This document shows positions 25,250 to 37,209 of a stretch of DNA of 64,000 bases, in pieces; position 1 is the first letter of the stretch; each line of letters starts with the position of its first letter. A program made the position numbers and the translations under genes. The notes beneath the pieces are model-generated. The model was not told the DNA's origin. It was given only the letters and a program-made list of their open reading frames with translations, and did not search any database. Location of the stretch: contig JAHRHZ010000235.1 of the NCBI GenBank assembly GCA_024137785.1, forward strand, positions 1 through 64,000, written 5' to 3'. The stretch is from Ginglymostoma cirratum (taxonomy: Eukaryota).

Positions 25250-28200
25250 TCGTCCCATCAAGTCTGTACCATGAACGCTGCACTAAATCTGCTCTCCACC
25301 CACTTTCTATAACTGGGCCGATAACATTGAATGTTGCGATATTTCCGTGGCACATTCAAGTACGTTAGAACAGTTGTGGAATTACCCACCTGTTCCCTTC
25401 CCAGACAGTGTATGCCACTCCACAGCACTGGGTGAAAAAGCCTCAACCTTCTCTGTTCCAAAGAAAACAACCTGAGCTTATCCAGTCCCTCTTCGTCACT
25501 GAAACCTTCCATCCCAGGGAACATCCTGGTGAATCTCCTCTGCACCCCCTCCAGTACAATCACATCTTTCCTATAGTGTGGTGGTCAGAACTGCAGACAG
25601 TGCTTCAGCTGTGGCTTAACTAAGGTCCTGTACAGCTCCAACATACCCTCCTTGCTCTTATAATCTATATCTGAAATGATAAAGATGTGTGTCCCATATG
25701 CCTTCATAGCTGCCCTCTAAACCTGCTCTGGCACTTTCAAGGATCTATGGACAATCATCCCAAGATCCTACTGTTACTCTGAGATTCCTAGTGTCCTGAC
25801 ATTCATTGAGTACTCCCTTGTCTTGTTATTTCCTCTAAAGTGCCTCACCTCACATTTATCAGGCTTATATTCCAGCTGCCTCTGATATGCCCATCTGACC
25901 AATCCAGTTATATCCTCCTGTAACATAAAACCTTCTTCCTCACGTTCAAACTTCCGGCCAATGTTCATATCATCCACAAACTCAGTTATCCTCCCCTCCC
26001 CCATTCTCATCGACATTGTTCCTATATATCACAGTGAGGGAGCCAGCACTGACCGCTGTGACATCCCAATGCACACTGGGCCCAGTCACACAAACAGCCT
26101 TCTCCCGTCATCCTCTGTTACCAGTCACGAAGCCAACTTTGGATACAACTTGCTAACTTATACCTCATGGGCCTTTACCTTCTTTATCCGCCTCCCAAGT
26201 GGGACCTTGCAAAGGCCTTGTTGGAATCCACATAACCTACATCAACTGCACCCCCCGTCACCTACAAAACTGGTCACCTCCTCGACAAAATCCCACCAGA
26301 CTTAGTGGCCATGACCTCCCTCTGAAAAAGCCGCGTTGACTATCCCTGAAATGGAGATTCATTCCACCTTCAGAATTTTCTCCAATCACATTCCTAACAG
26401 TGATGTGAGACTCACTGGTTTCCTTGACCATGTTTGACCTGATGCCATGAGACATTGTCCAGAGTCAATGTTGGGGACTCCCAGAGTCATTCCTTCCCGA
26501 CTGTATCCCACTGTGTCACCACCTCTGTTGGGTTTGTCCCGCTGGTGAGACAGGACATACCCAGGGATGGTGATGGCGGTGTCTAGGACCTTGTCTGTAA
26601 GGTCCGATGCTGTGAGTATGACTGTGTCAGGCTATTGTTTGACTTCTCTATGAATTTGGCACTAGGACCTAGATGTTAGTAAGGATGGCAGAGCAGGGTA
26701 GACAGTGTGGTGTTTGATGGTGTTTCCGATGCCAAGGTCGATGCCAGGTGGATCGTCCGATTTCATTCAATTTTTGAGAGTTTTTGGTGATTTTTACAAC
26801 GGAGCAGCTCGCTCGGCCATTTCAGAGGGTGGTTAAGAGTCAGCCACGCTTCTGTGGGTCTGGAGTCACATGTAGGTCAGACCAGGTAAGGATGGCGGAT
26901 TTACTTCCCTGAGGGACATCATCCTTTATCTCAATATGTCTTTAACAAACCTCTGATCACTCACAGATCAGGAGCCACTATTTAAGAAAGGAAAAGTCAG
27001 GGAATTATAGAGCGGTGTACCTGACATTGATGGTGGGAAAGTTGTTGGAGACAATCCTGAGGGCAGGATTTACATGTGTTTGGAAAGGCATGGACTAATC
27101 AGGGATAGTCAACATTGCTTTGTAAGTGGGAAATCGTGTCTCACTAACTTGATTAGTTTTTTGTAGGAGGAATGAAGTAGATTGATGAGGGCAGAGCAGT
27201 GGACGTGACCTATATGGAGCTCAGTAAGGCATTCAGAAAGTTTCCTCACGGTAAGTCTGCATAGCGAGGTTAGAGGACATGGAATACAGGGTGAACCAAC
27301 TCTTTGGAGATGGAACTGGCTCGAAGGTATAAAACAGAGAATGGTGGTGGAGTGGTCTTTTCAAACTAGAGCACTGTGACCAGCGGTATGCCACAAGAAT
27401 CGGTGCTGGGTCCACGGCTTCTCATCATTTATATAAATGATTTGGATGTGAACATAAGAGGAATAATTCGTAAATTTGTAGATGGCACCAAAATTGGAGG
27501 TATAGTGGACAGCGAAGAAGGTTACCTCAGAGTACAAGGGGATCTTGTACAGAAGGGCCAATGGGCTGAGGAGAGTTAGATGGAATTTTATTTAGATAAA
27601 TGTGATTTGCTGCATTTTGGAAAGGCAAATCAGAGCAGGACTTATACTCTGAATGGTAAGGTCCTGGGGTGTGCTGTTGAACAAAGAAGCCTTGGAGTGC
27701 AGGTTCATTTTTCCTTGGAAGTGGAGTCATGGGTGGCTCGGATAGTGAAGACAGTGTTTGGTACGCTTCCCCTTATGAGGAAGGGGATTGGGTATATATT
27801 TGGATCATATTTGGTCATTTTCAAGCTGTATAGCACATTGGTTAGGCCACTATTGGAATACAATGGGCAATTATGGTCTCCTTGCTATAACAAGGGTGTT
27901 GTGAAACTTAACAATGCTTCGGTAAGATTTATAAGGTTGTTGCCAGGTTTGCAGAGATTGATCTATCGGGAGAAGCTGAAAAGGCTGGGGCTAATATCCC
28001 TGGGGCGTCAATGGCTCAGGTGTGACCTTATTGAGGTTTATGAAATAAACATGAACATGGATAGGATAAACTGGTAATGTCTTTTCCCAGAGGCACGTTT
28101 GTTAAAAACTAGAGGGCATTGGAGTAAGGTGAGAGGGGAAATATTTAAAAGGTACCTTTGGGGTAACATTTTCACGCAGAGGGTAGTGCGTGTATGGAAT

Positions 28201-28405
28201 GAGTTGCCAAAGGAAGTGGTGGAATCTGGATCAATTACAGAATTTAAAAGCCATCTGAATGGGTAGATGAATAGGAAGGATTTAGAGGGATATGGGCATA
28301 ATGCTGGCAAATGGCACTAGATTTATCTAGGATATGGGACAGCATAGATGAGTTGTGCCGAAGGGTCTGTTTCAGTGCTGTACTTCATCTCTGTGACTCT
28401 ATAAC
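25250..28405. mobile_element. Cluster of decayed CR1/LINE fragments in the J-C intron (25250-26400 minus; 26975-28405 plus)
   Basis: RT motifs GMPQESVLGP..YINDLD..KFVDGTK; LEGVQRRFTRM. Confidence 0.85.
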
Positions 28406-29008
28406 TCGATAACTTTACCTAAGAAACTTGGAGCAGACATGGATCAACATACTTCAGGAAGGGTGCCCGTGTAGGAGGTTCTAGATTTCATTTCAAACCT
28501 TGCTGCCCAACACTGGGCTGATGTCAAGGGTGAGGCTGCAATGAGTCTCAGTGTCTCGGGGTCAGGCGGGGTCACTGCTCCTAATGACCCTGTGACCCCT
28601 GGAAGGTGAGATCATATAGACAATGGTTGGAGGTCAGTATCAGGAGGCTCTGACCTCAAAAAGAACTTGCATTTATTTAGCACCCATCCCCAACTCAGGA
28701 TGAATTTTGCCCCTCACTTCTGATTATGCACAGGAACATCATACAGAACTTCTATAATGAGCAGGGAATCAGATTTTTAGGGATGTTGATTAACAAATAA
28801 AGATTGACCTGGACACCTGGGAGACCTGTCCTACTCCTCTAATAGTGCCTTGGCATCACTTTTTGCCCCCGAGAGGGCAGATATCAGATCGTGCCAACTG
28901 AAAGACAGTCCCAGAGATAAAAGGTACTGCAGATGCTGGAGAATCCGAGATAACAAGCATGGGGCTGGATGAGCACAGCAGGTCAAGCAGCATCATAGGA
29001 GCAGGAAA

Positions 29009-29044
29009 ACTTGACGTTTCGGGCCTAAACTCTTCATCAGAAAT
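29009..29044 (-). ncRNA. Hammerhead ribozyme motif with a helix II substitution
   Basis: attt-CTGATGA-a-GAGT(ttag)GCCC-GAAA-C-GTC-aagt on the minus strand. Confidence 0.55.
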
Positions 29045-29971
29045 GGGGGAGGGGAAGAGGGGTCTGAAATAAATAGGGAGAGAGGGGGAGGCGGATAGAG
29101 GATGGATAGAGGAGAGGATAGGTGGAGAGGAGGCAGACAAGTCGAAGAGGCGGGGATGGAGCCAGTAAAGGTGAGTGTAGGTAGGGGGGTAGGGAGGAGA
29201 AAGGTCAGTCCAGGGAGGACGGATAGGTCAAGGGGGCGGGATGATGTTAGTAGACAGGAGATGGGGGTGTGGCTTGAGGTGAGAGGAAAAACAGGTTAGG
29301 GAGGTGGAGATGAGCTGGGCTGGTTTTGGGATGCGGTTGGGGGAGGGGAGTGTGGAGCGGACAAGGGAGTCACGGAGGGAGTGGTCCCTCCGGAAGGCAG
29401 ATAAGGGTGGGGAGGGAAAGATGTCTTTGGTGGTGGGGTCTGACTGCAGATGGCGGAAGTGTCGGAGGATGATGCGTTGGATCCGGAGGTTGGTGGGGTG
29501 GTATGTGAGGATGAGGGGGATTCTTTTTTGTTTATTGTTGCGGGTACGGGGCGTGAGGGATGTGTTCCGGGAAATGCGGGAGACACGGTCGAGGGCGTTC
29601 TCGACCACTGTGGGGGTGATGTTGCGGTCCTTGAAGAATGAGGACATTTGAGATGTGTGGGAAAATCTCCCCTCCCCCAACCGCAAACCAAAACCAGCCC
29701 AGCTCATCTCCACCTCCCTGACCTGTTTTTCCTCTCACCCCAAGCCACACCCCCATCTCCTATCTACTAACATCATCCCGCCCCCTTGACCTGTCCGTCC
29801 TCCCGGGACTGACCTATCTCCTCCCTACCCCCCACCTACACTCACCTTTACTGGCTCCATCCATGCCTCTTCGACTTGTCTGCCTCCTCTCCACCTATCC
29901 TCTCCTCTATCCATCCTCTATCCGCTTCCACCTCTCTCCCTATTTATTTCAGAACCCTTTTCCCCTCCCCC

Positions 29972-30007
29972 ATTTCTGATGAAGGGTTTAGGCCCGAAAC
30001 GTCAAGT
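29972..30007 (+). ncRNA. Minimal type I hammerhead ribozyme motif, best-preserved copy
   Basis: attt-CTGATGA-a-GGGT(ttag)GCCC-GAAA-C-GTC-aagt; 4-bp helix I; palindromic ACGT in helix III. Confidence 0.7.
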
Positions 30008-30074
30008 TTTCCTGCTCCTATGATGCTGCTTGACCTGCTGTGCTCATCCAGCCCCATGCTTGAAAGACAGTCCC

Positions 30075-30730
30075 TCTGACTTTGCAGGGGTCCCTCAGTA
30101 GTGACCCTCTAACAGTACAGCACTCCCACAGCACAGACCCTCTGAAAGTGCGGTGCTCCCTCATTACTGACCCTGTGACAGTTCCGCGGTCCCTCAGTAC
30201 TGACCCTCTGACAGTGCGGCACTCCCTCAGCACTGACCATCTGACAGTGCGGCCCTCCCTCAGCACTGACCCTCCCACAGCACATTACACACTCAGTACT
30301 GACCCTCCGACAGTATAGCTTACCCTCTGTACTGACCCTTCAAACATGCAGCACTCCCTCAGTTCTGACCCTTCGATAGTGTAGAGTTCCCTCAGGACTG
30401 GCCCTCTGACAGTGCAGCACTCCCAGAGTACTGACCTTCTGACAGTGCGGCACTCCCTCAATACTGACCCTCTGAAATGCGGCGCTTCCTCAGTACTGAC
30501 CCTCTGACAGTGCAGCACTCCCTGAGTACTGACCCTCTGACAGTGCAGCACTCCCTCAGTGCTGATCTTGCGAAAGTGCGGCGCTTCCTCAGTACTGACC
30601 CTCTGACAGTGCAGCACTCCCTGAGTACTGACCCTCTGACAGTGCAGCACTCCCTCAGTTCTGACCCACTGACACAGCAGCACTTCCTCGCCACTGACAT
30701 TCTGACAGTGCGGCACTCCCTCAGTACAAC
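30075..30730. repeat. 33-bp minisatellite (cagtactgaccctctgacagtgcagcactccct) expanded inside a Deu-domain-type SINE
   Basis: About 20 units at 33-bp period; SINE-like flanks at about 28660-28912 and 30730-30790. Confidence 0.85.
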
Positions 30731-31499
30731 GCTGCACTGTCAATCTGGAATAGATTCTCAGGACACAGAATGAGAGAGTCACTACAATGTGGAAGCCAGC
30801 TATTCGACCTGTCAAGTTCACACCAACCTTCGGAAGAGAATCCCACCCAGATCCACCACCTTTACATATCCTTGTAGCGCTACATTTCCGATGGCTAATC
30901 CACCGAGCCTGCAGTCTATAGAGTGGGATGTGAGGCCATAACGTTGTGATTCTGAGGGGACAGTGCTCCCTGCTGAGGTCTGGCTGACACCTCCTTGTCC
31001 AATAGCCTGCCATGACACCCACCTCCCGGCTCACACCTGGAGGAATGAGGTCCCTTGGGGAGGCTGGTGCGGTTCCCCAGCCAGAAGCGGTGCTTTCAGG
31101 AGAGAGATGAGAAGCACGTGATGGGGACGGGAGTGGAGTTTGATATTTAGAGGGGATTGCTGTTTATCCAAAGAAAAGAAAGACTACTATTTCTGTTGAG
31201 CATTTCACACGTTATATTCTCCCAAAGATATTTACAGACAGTGAGGACCTTGTCTGAAAACCAGTCACTGTTGCAATGTCTGGAACATGGCAGCCATTTT
31301 GTACACGGCAAGATCCCAGATGCAGCAATGAGACCACTTTGCGTTTTTAGTGATGTTGGCTCAGGGATATACTCGGCCTGAACTCGACCCAAAGAGAAAG
31401 CAAATGGGAGCTTCCCCAAAACTCTGGAACACTGAAAACACTGGATTGTGAGCCCTGTTGTAGCTGTTTGTCATCAGAACTTTGTCAAGAGATAACCAT

Positions 31500-34400
31500 G
31501 GAGTGGAGACAGTGTACATCCTGTTCCATGTGGGATCTTCAGGATGCTTCCCGGCTCCTGGAATACCATGCGTGCAGGAAGTGTGGCCAGTGACAGCAGT
31601 TGGAGCACTGGGTTTTGTAGCTAGAGCAGCAGCTGGTGTCAGTGTGGAGAGCCTGTGAGGTTGAGAGATCTGTGGAGAGCACCATTCTAGGTGTGGTCAC
31701 TCCGCAGCTTCAGAGTATGTAGAGACAGGGGGAATGGGGAAGCAGCAGTCAGTTCAAAAGGACAAGGCAGCTAGTACAGGAGTCCCCTGAGTATATCCCA
31801 CTCTCCAACCAGAATTCAGTTCGCAATCCTGATGGGAATGATTGTTCATCTGGGGAATGCAGCCAGACCCAAGCCCATGGCACCACAGTTGGCTCAGCTG
31901 TCCGGGGGTGGGGTGAGGGGCACAAGGAAGACTGGAAGAGCGATAGTGAGACGGGATTCGAGAGCGAAAGCAATCGATAGGTGTTTCTGGAGCTGCAGAT
32001 GGGAATCCAGGATGGTGTGCTGTCTCCCTGGTGCCAGGGTCGAGGATGTCACTGAGCAGCTGCCGAGCACCATGAGGGGAGAGGGGGAACAGTGAGCAGT
32101 CACGGTCCACATCAGTCCCAGTGACAGAGGGAGAAAAGGGATGTGGTCCTGCAGTCAAATTTTAGGGAGATCGGCAGGGAATTAGCAGCAAGAGCTAAAA
32201 ACTATGAATTTCTGGATTACTCCCAGTGCCCCACAAAAGAGGGAACAGGAACAGGAGGGTAAGAGAGGTGAATGTTGGTCTGGAAAGAGGGCCCAGGAGG
32301 GAGGCCTTTAGATTCATGGGACATTGGGACTGGCTCTGGGGGATGTGGGACCTGGACAGACCAGACGGGTTACTCCTGAACAGAGCTGGGTCTGATTTCC
32401 TTGTGGGGTGATTTTCTAGTGCTGTTGGAGAGGGTTTAAACTAACTTGGCAGGGCTGTGGGAACCAAGAGGGAATATCAGAGAGGTGCAGTCTATAGGTT
32501 ACCAACCATTGGGAAGGATGGAGAGGAACAAATCTGCAACGAATTTGCAGAGAGGTGCAGACATTATAGAGTCATTATAATGGAGGACTTTAATTATCTG
32601 AATATAGATTGGGATAGTCACAGTGCGAAGGGCAGAAAGGTGCCAGAGTTTTGAGTGTGTTCAGGGGAATTTTCTCCAGCTGTGTGTTTCCAGTCCAATG
32701 AGAAAGGTGGATCTTCTAGATCTGGATCTTGGGAATAAGGAGGCCAAAATAGATCAAGTGTCAGTGAGAGGACATTTAGGGAAGAGTGATCATTGTACCA
32801 CAAGGTTTAGGGAGACAGTGGAAAAGGACAAAGGACAACCCAGGGTCAAAATGACTCACTCGGAGAACGCCGACTTCAATGTGGTAAGGACATAGCAGAT
32901 CTGAACCAACTGGGGTCAAATGTTGGCAGGGACATCCTGAGGTAAATATTAGGAGAGATAGACCTGGGAGAGTTGAGGTATAGTTGAGGGAGGGGAATCA
33001 GTTCCTGAGCTCTTTTGAGGGCAAAAGTGGCATAATTATGGTAACTAAGAAAAGGGCAGAAGAGGAACCAGGGAGAGAATACGCACCTTTAAAGTTGAAC
33101 AAGGCCACCTATGTATGGAGCCACAGGAAATGGGTGAGTTCCTAAATGGATATTTCGCATCAGCATTTATCATGGAGAAAGACATGGAAGGTTGTGAACT
33201 CAGTAAGTAAATACTAATGTATTGACAAGAATCCACATTACGGCAGGGGATTTCTTAAAATGCATAAATGTAGGTAAACCTCCGGGACCTGATCAAATGT
33301 ATCCCAGGGCATTGAGGGAAGCTATGGAAGAGATTGATGTGTCCGTTGCTGAAATATTTGTATCATCGACAGCCACAAGTGAGGTTCTGACAGACTCAAT
33401 AGTGGCTAATGTTGGTCCATTATTTAAGGAAAAGCCAAGGAACTGCAGGCCGGTGAGCCTAACGTCAGTGGTGGATACATTGTTGAAGGAGATTCTGAAA
33501 GATAGGATCTACATGCATTTGGAAAGGCAAGGGCTGATTTGGGAGAGTTGGCACGGTTTTGTCTCTTGCAAGTCAAACCACTGTTGTTTATCATTTGGTT
33601 AAATGATTTAGATGAAGAGAACGGAGGGATTATTAGGAAGTTTGCAGATGGCACCAAAATTGTTGGCATAGTGGACAGTGAAGAAAGTTATCTCAAAGGA
33701 CAAAGGGACATTGATTAACTGATCTAGCAGACAGAGGAATGGCAGATGGAGTTGCATACAGATAAATACAAGGTGCTACATTTTGGTAAGACACAGGAGA
33801 TGTGTGAGATCCTAAACAAATATTTTGCATCAGTATTTGCTGTCGAGAAGGGCATGGAAGCTAGGGACCTTGGGAAAATAATGATGTCTTGAAAATAGTT
33901 CATATCATAGAAGAGGAGTTGCTGGACGTCTTAAACAACATAAAGGTAGGTAAATCCCTGAGACCTGATCATGTGTATCCCAGAAATTTTTGGGAAGCTA
34001 GGGAAGAGATTGCTAGGCCCTTTGCTGAGATATTTGTGCCATCAACAGCCACAAGTGAGGTGCTGGAGAACTGGAGATGCTGGCTAATGTTGTGTGATTA
34101 TTTAAGAAAGGCTGTGTGGGAAATACGGGGAACTGTAGACCGGTGAGCCTGACGTCAGTGTTGGCTAAGTTGTTGGAAGGGATTCTGAGGGATAGGATTG
34201 ACATGCATTTGGAAAGGCAAGAACTGATTAGGGATAATCAACATGGCTTTTGCGTGGGAAATGTGTCTCACTAACTTGATTGAAGTTCTTTGAAGAGGTG
34301 ACAAAGAGAATTGATGAAGGCAGAACATTAGACATTGTCTATATGGAATTCAGCAAAATATTTGATATGGTTCCACATGGTAGATTAGTTATAAATTTAG

Positions 34401-35520
34401 ATGACATGGGATTCAGAGGGAGCTAGCCAGTTAGATGCAAAATTGGCTTGAAGATGGGAGACTGAGAGTGGTGGCAGAAGGTTGCTTTTTGGACTGAAGG
34501 TCTGTAACCAAATGTGTGCCACAAAGATTGGTGCTATGTCTACTGCTTTTTGTCCTTTAAATAAATCATACAGTTGTTCAATTTACAGATGAAAGCAAAA
34601 TGTGGCACAGTGGATAATGTAGAATGTTCTTTATTATTTAACAGATGAGAACATTGATGGGTATGCAGCATTTATTGTCCATCATTAACTGCCCAGAGGG
34701 CAGTTAAGAATCAGCAACATTGGTGTGGGTCTGGAGTCACATGTAGGCCAGACCAGGTCAGGATGACAATTTCTTTCCCTAAAGGACATGAGTGAATCAG
34801 GTTTTTTTTTTCTGACAATTGACAATGGATTCATGGTCATCATTAGGTTTTAATTCCAGATATTTACTGAATTCTGATTCCACCATTTGCCATGACAGAA
34901 TTCGAACCTGGGTACCCAGAATGTTATCCTGAAGCCTGGATTAACTATCCAGCAATAATACTACTAAACCATTGCGTACCCCATGTCAGAGTACAACGGG
35001 GGCAGACCAGATGGGGCAATGGAACGTGAATGTTTTGTTGAGAGGGCAGAAAATATTCCCAAAGATGATTCCAGGGATGAAGGATGTCGTTTATCATGAT
35101 AGTTTGGAGAAGTTGGGCCAGTCTTCCTTGAAGAAGAGAAGACTGTGAGGAGATTTGTTCGAGGAATTCAAAATCAGGAGGGGTCTGGACAGAGTGAACA
35201 GGAGAACATGTCCCCACTCATGAAAGGATTGAAAGCAAGAAGCCACAGATTGAATGTAATTGGTAAAAGCAGCAGAAGTGAGATGGAGAAAACCATTTTC
35301 AGCCAGCGAGTGGTTAAGGTGTGGGATGCACTGCCTGAGAGTGTGGTGGAAGCAGCTTCAATTGAAACATTCCGAAGGGAATGAGGCTGTTATTTGGAAT
35401 GGAACAATATGCAGGGTGACAGGGAGAAGGCAGGAGAATGAAACCCAGTGAATTGCTCATTTGGAGAGCCAGTCCGGACAGGATGGGCGTAATGGCCTCC
35501 CTGTGCACTGTAACAATTCA
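31500..35520 (+). mobile_element. Long decayed CR1 (ORF1 esterase-like + ORF2 pieces), antisense to the Ig gene
   Basis: SRMVCCLPGARVEDV (ORF1); EDFNYLNIDW; KPPGPDQMYPR; RT remnants. Confidence 0.85.
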
Positions 35521-35958
35521 GTGAGTGTGTAATTGAGCAGCGTTAAAGCTGGGGGAGGTGGGAGCTCGGTGTCTCACTGTGCTGCTGCTGCTGCTGCTGG
35601 GGTCAGCGAGATCAGAGACTGGGACAGGGAGCCAGAGCTCACATCAAACTCTGTCCGTGTCCGTCACACTGAGACTGGCAGGAGGCTACTCACTGATTTC
35701 ACTCCATGCTGCAGGAATGCGACCACAGGCTGCAAACGGGCATCCTCCACACGGTGAGTAAAACATTTACTGACTTACATCTTGCTGCTTCAAGGGGAAA
35801 ATGGAACTAAAGAAATACAGCTGGGCCCCCTGTTAGACACAGTGCTCGTCAATCAACCATTTCATTCTCTGCAGCTTCCCACTAACACCTTCAGCACGTG
35901 TGTTTTAGAAAGTTTCATTATCGAAAGTGTTAATAACGGAGGATTGAGGTTGACTTAC

Positions 35959-36288
35959 TCAGTCTGAGCTTGGTTCCATTACCGAACGTAACCGGGTTGG
36001 CTTCATTTTGCTGACAGTAATAGTCAGCAACATCCCCTTCCTGTACATTACTGATTGTCAGAGTGAATGTTTTATCATATCCACTGCCACTGAATCGCTC
36101 GAAAACTCCTGTGAATCGAGTTGTTGCATCGTAGATCAGGAGAGAGGGTTTCTGTCCTTCTCGCTGCTGGTACCAAGCACAGTCATTATCAATCTTTTGA
36201 CTGGCTGTACAGGTGATGGTTGCAGTCTGGCCCAGTTCCACTGACAGCACGGGGGGAGATTGGTTCATGGTGATGTCCCCACTGATAC
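35959..36288 (-). CDS. Ig kappa-type light chain, germline-joined V-J exon
   Basis: Acceptor cccctcag|gt; reads GISG-DITMNQSPPVLSVELGQTATITC...WYQQ...DYYC-QQNEANPVT-FGNGTKLRL; canonical Cys, Trp, YYC and FGxG; donor a|gtaagt; 330 nt, phase 1-1, no RSS between V and J. Confidence 0.96.
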
Positions 36289-36474
36289 CTGAGGGGTCAG
36301 ACAGAAACACAGTGAAGTAAAAACTGTCACAGAAAGAGCCTGTCAAATGAGTGATTGTTGGAGGCACTGAGGATTCCTCTGGTTTCAGCATTTTCCATTC
36401 AATCACAAGTCTGTGGAATTGGAGTGAAATGAAGATCAGCTAAAGATTCAAGGTGGAAGGAGAGAGATTTGTAC

Positions 36475-36523
36475 CTGCGATGCAGAATGCCAGAGGCCAG
36501 ATCAGCTGGATGTGTGAAATCAT
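36475..36523 (-). CDS. Ig kappa-type (type III/NS4-like) light chain, leader exon
   Basis: acc-ATG at 36523; encodes MISHIQLIWPLAFCIA-G (hydrophobic signal peptide); phase-1 donor gcag|gtacaa; 186-nt intron to the V exon. Confidence 0.93.
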
Positions 36524-36582
36524 GGTGTGTGCTCCTGTCCCAGTGCTTGGTTCCCGATAAACTCTCCCTTCACTGAGCCCTG

Positions 36583-36682
36583 CTTTATAAAGCGGCAGCC
36601 TGTGAGAGTCTCACTGGCTGTTCCTCAGTATGTAAATTGCATCAGGCAGAGAGAGAGCCACATCAGACCCTCGCACTTCCTC
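36583..36682 (-). promoter_or_regulatory. V-gene promoter: TATA, variant octamer, two Ets/PU.1 boxes
   Basis: ctttataaag 36583-36592; ATTTACAT (7/8 octamer) 36630-36637; GAGGAA 36621-36626; GAGGAAGTG 36674-36682; all within 160 bp of the ATG. Confidence 0.75.
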
Positions 36683-37209
36683 TTCTTTATTTCACTCTCT
36701 CTCTCCCTCCCTCAATCATTCACTCCTTCTCTCTCACAATTTTTAGTTGTTTTTAGCCTTTTTGGGTTTTAGCATCGCTGCCTGCACCAGAATTAACTGC
36801 ACATCCCCGAATGCCCAGAGGTAGTTTCGACTCACCCACATTGCTGTAGGTGTGGAATCACATGTATTCCTGTCCAGGTAAAAAGGCCAGTTTCCTTCCC
36901 TGAATGACATTTGTGAATCAGGTGGGTTTTAATGATGATTTTATGGTCACCAGAGACTTTTAATTTCCAATTATTTCTATTAAATTCATGTTCCACCACC
37001 TGTTAAGGAAGAATATTATGCTCCCCAGAACATTCCCTATGTCTCTAGATCAATGATCCAATGATAATAGGCCGTCACGTCCTTCAGTCCCTCACAATCA
37101 CCTTTCCCTCTTTCTCCCACGCACACCATTCTTTCACACTCACTGTCATTCACTCTCTTTTATCTGTTTCTCTATTTATTTCTCTCTCTCTCTCTCTCTC
37201 TTTCTGTCG

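Larger units (their letters stand above)
28913..30060. mobile_element. Fold-back Penelope insertion: minus-strand tail with internal deletion, then plus-strand tail; 14-bp TSD
   Basis: Homologous to about 1527-2713; tgaaagacagtccc at 28899-28912 and 30061-30074. Confidence 0.9.

Noticed and set aside
30075-30730. CRISPR array or Ig switch region
   Set aside because: Contiguous tandem units without unique spacers; eukaryotic; SINE-derived; light chains do not switch
35558-35761. ORF with signal-peptide-like LLLLLL
   Set aside because: Produced by a (CTG)n tract; non-ATG start; antisense within the Ig intron
35575-35870. CACTGTG/CACAGTG heptamers 3' of J as a second J-RSS
   Set aside because: No nonamer and no FGxG segment adjacent
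36308-36340. CACAGTG in the leader intron as an RSS
   Set aside because: No nonamer at 12 or 23 bp spacing, and wrong side of V
35930-36406. 158-aa ORF as a single-exon protein
   Set aside because: Its N- and C-terminal parts are intron read-through; the real exon is 35959-36288
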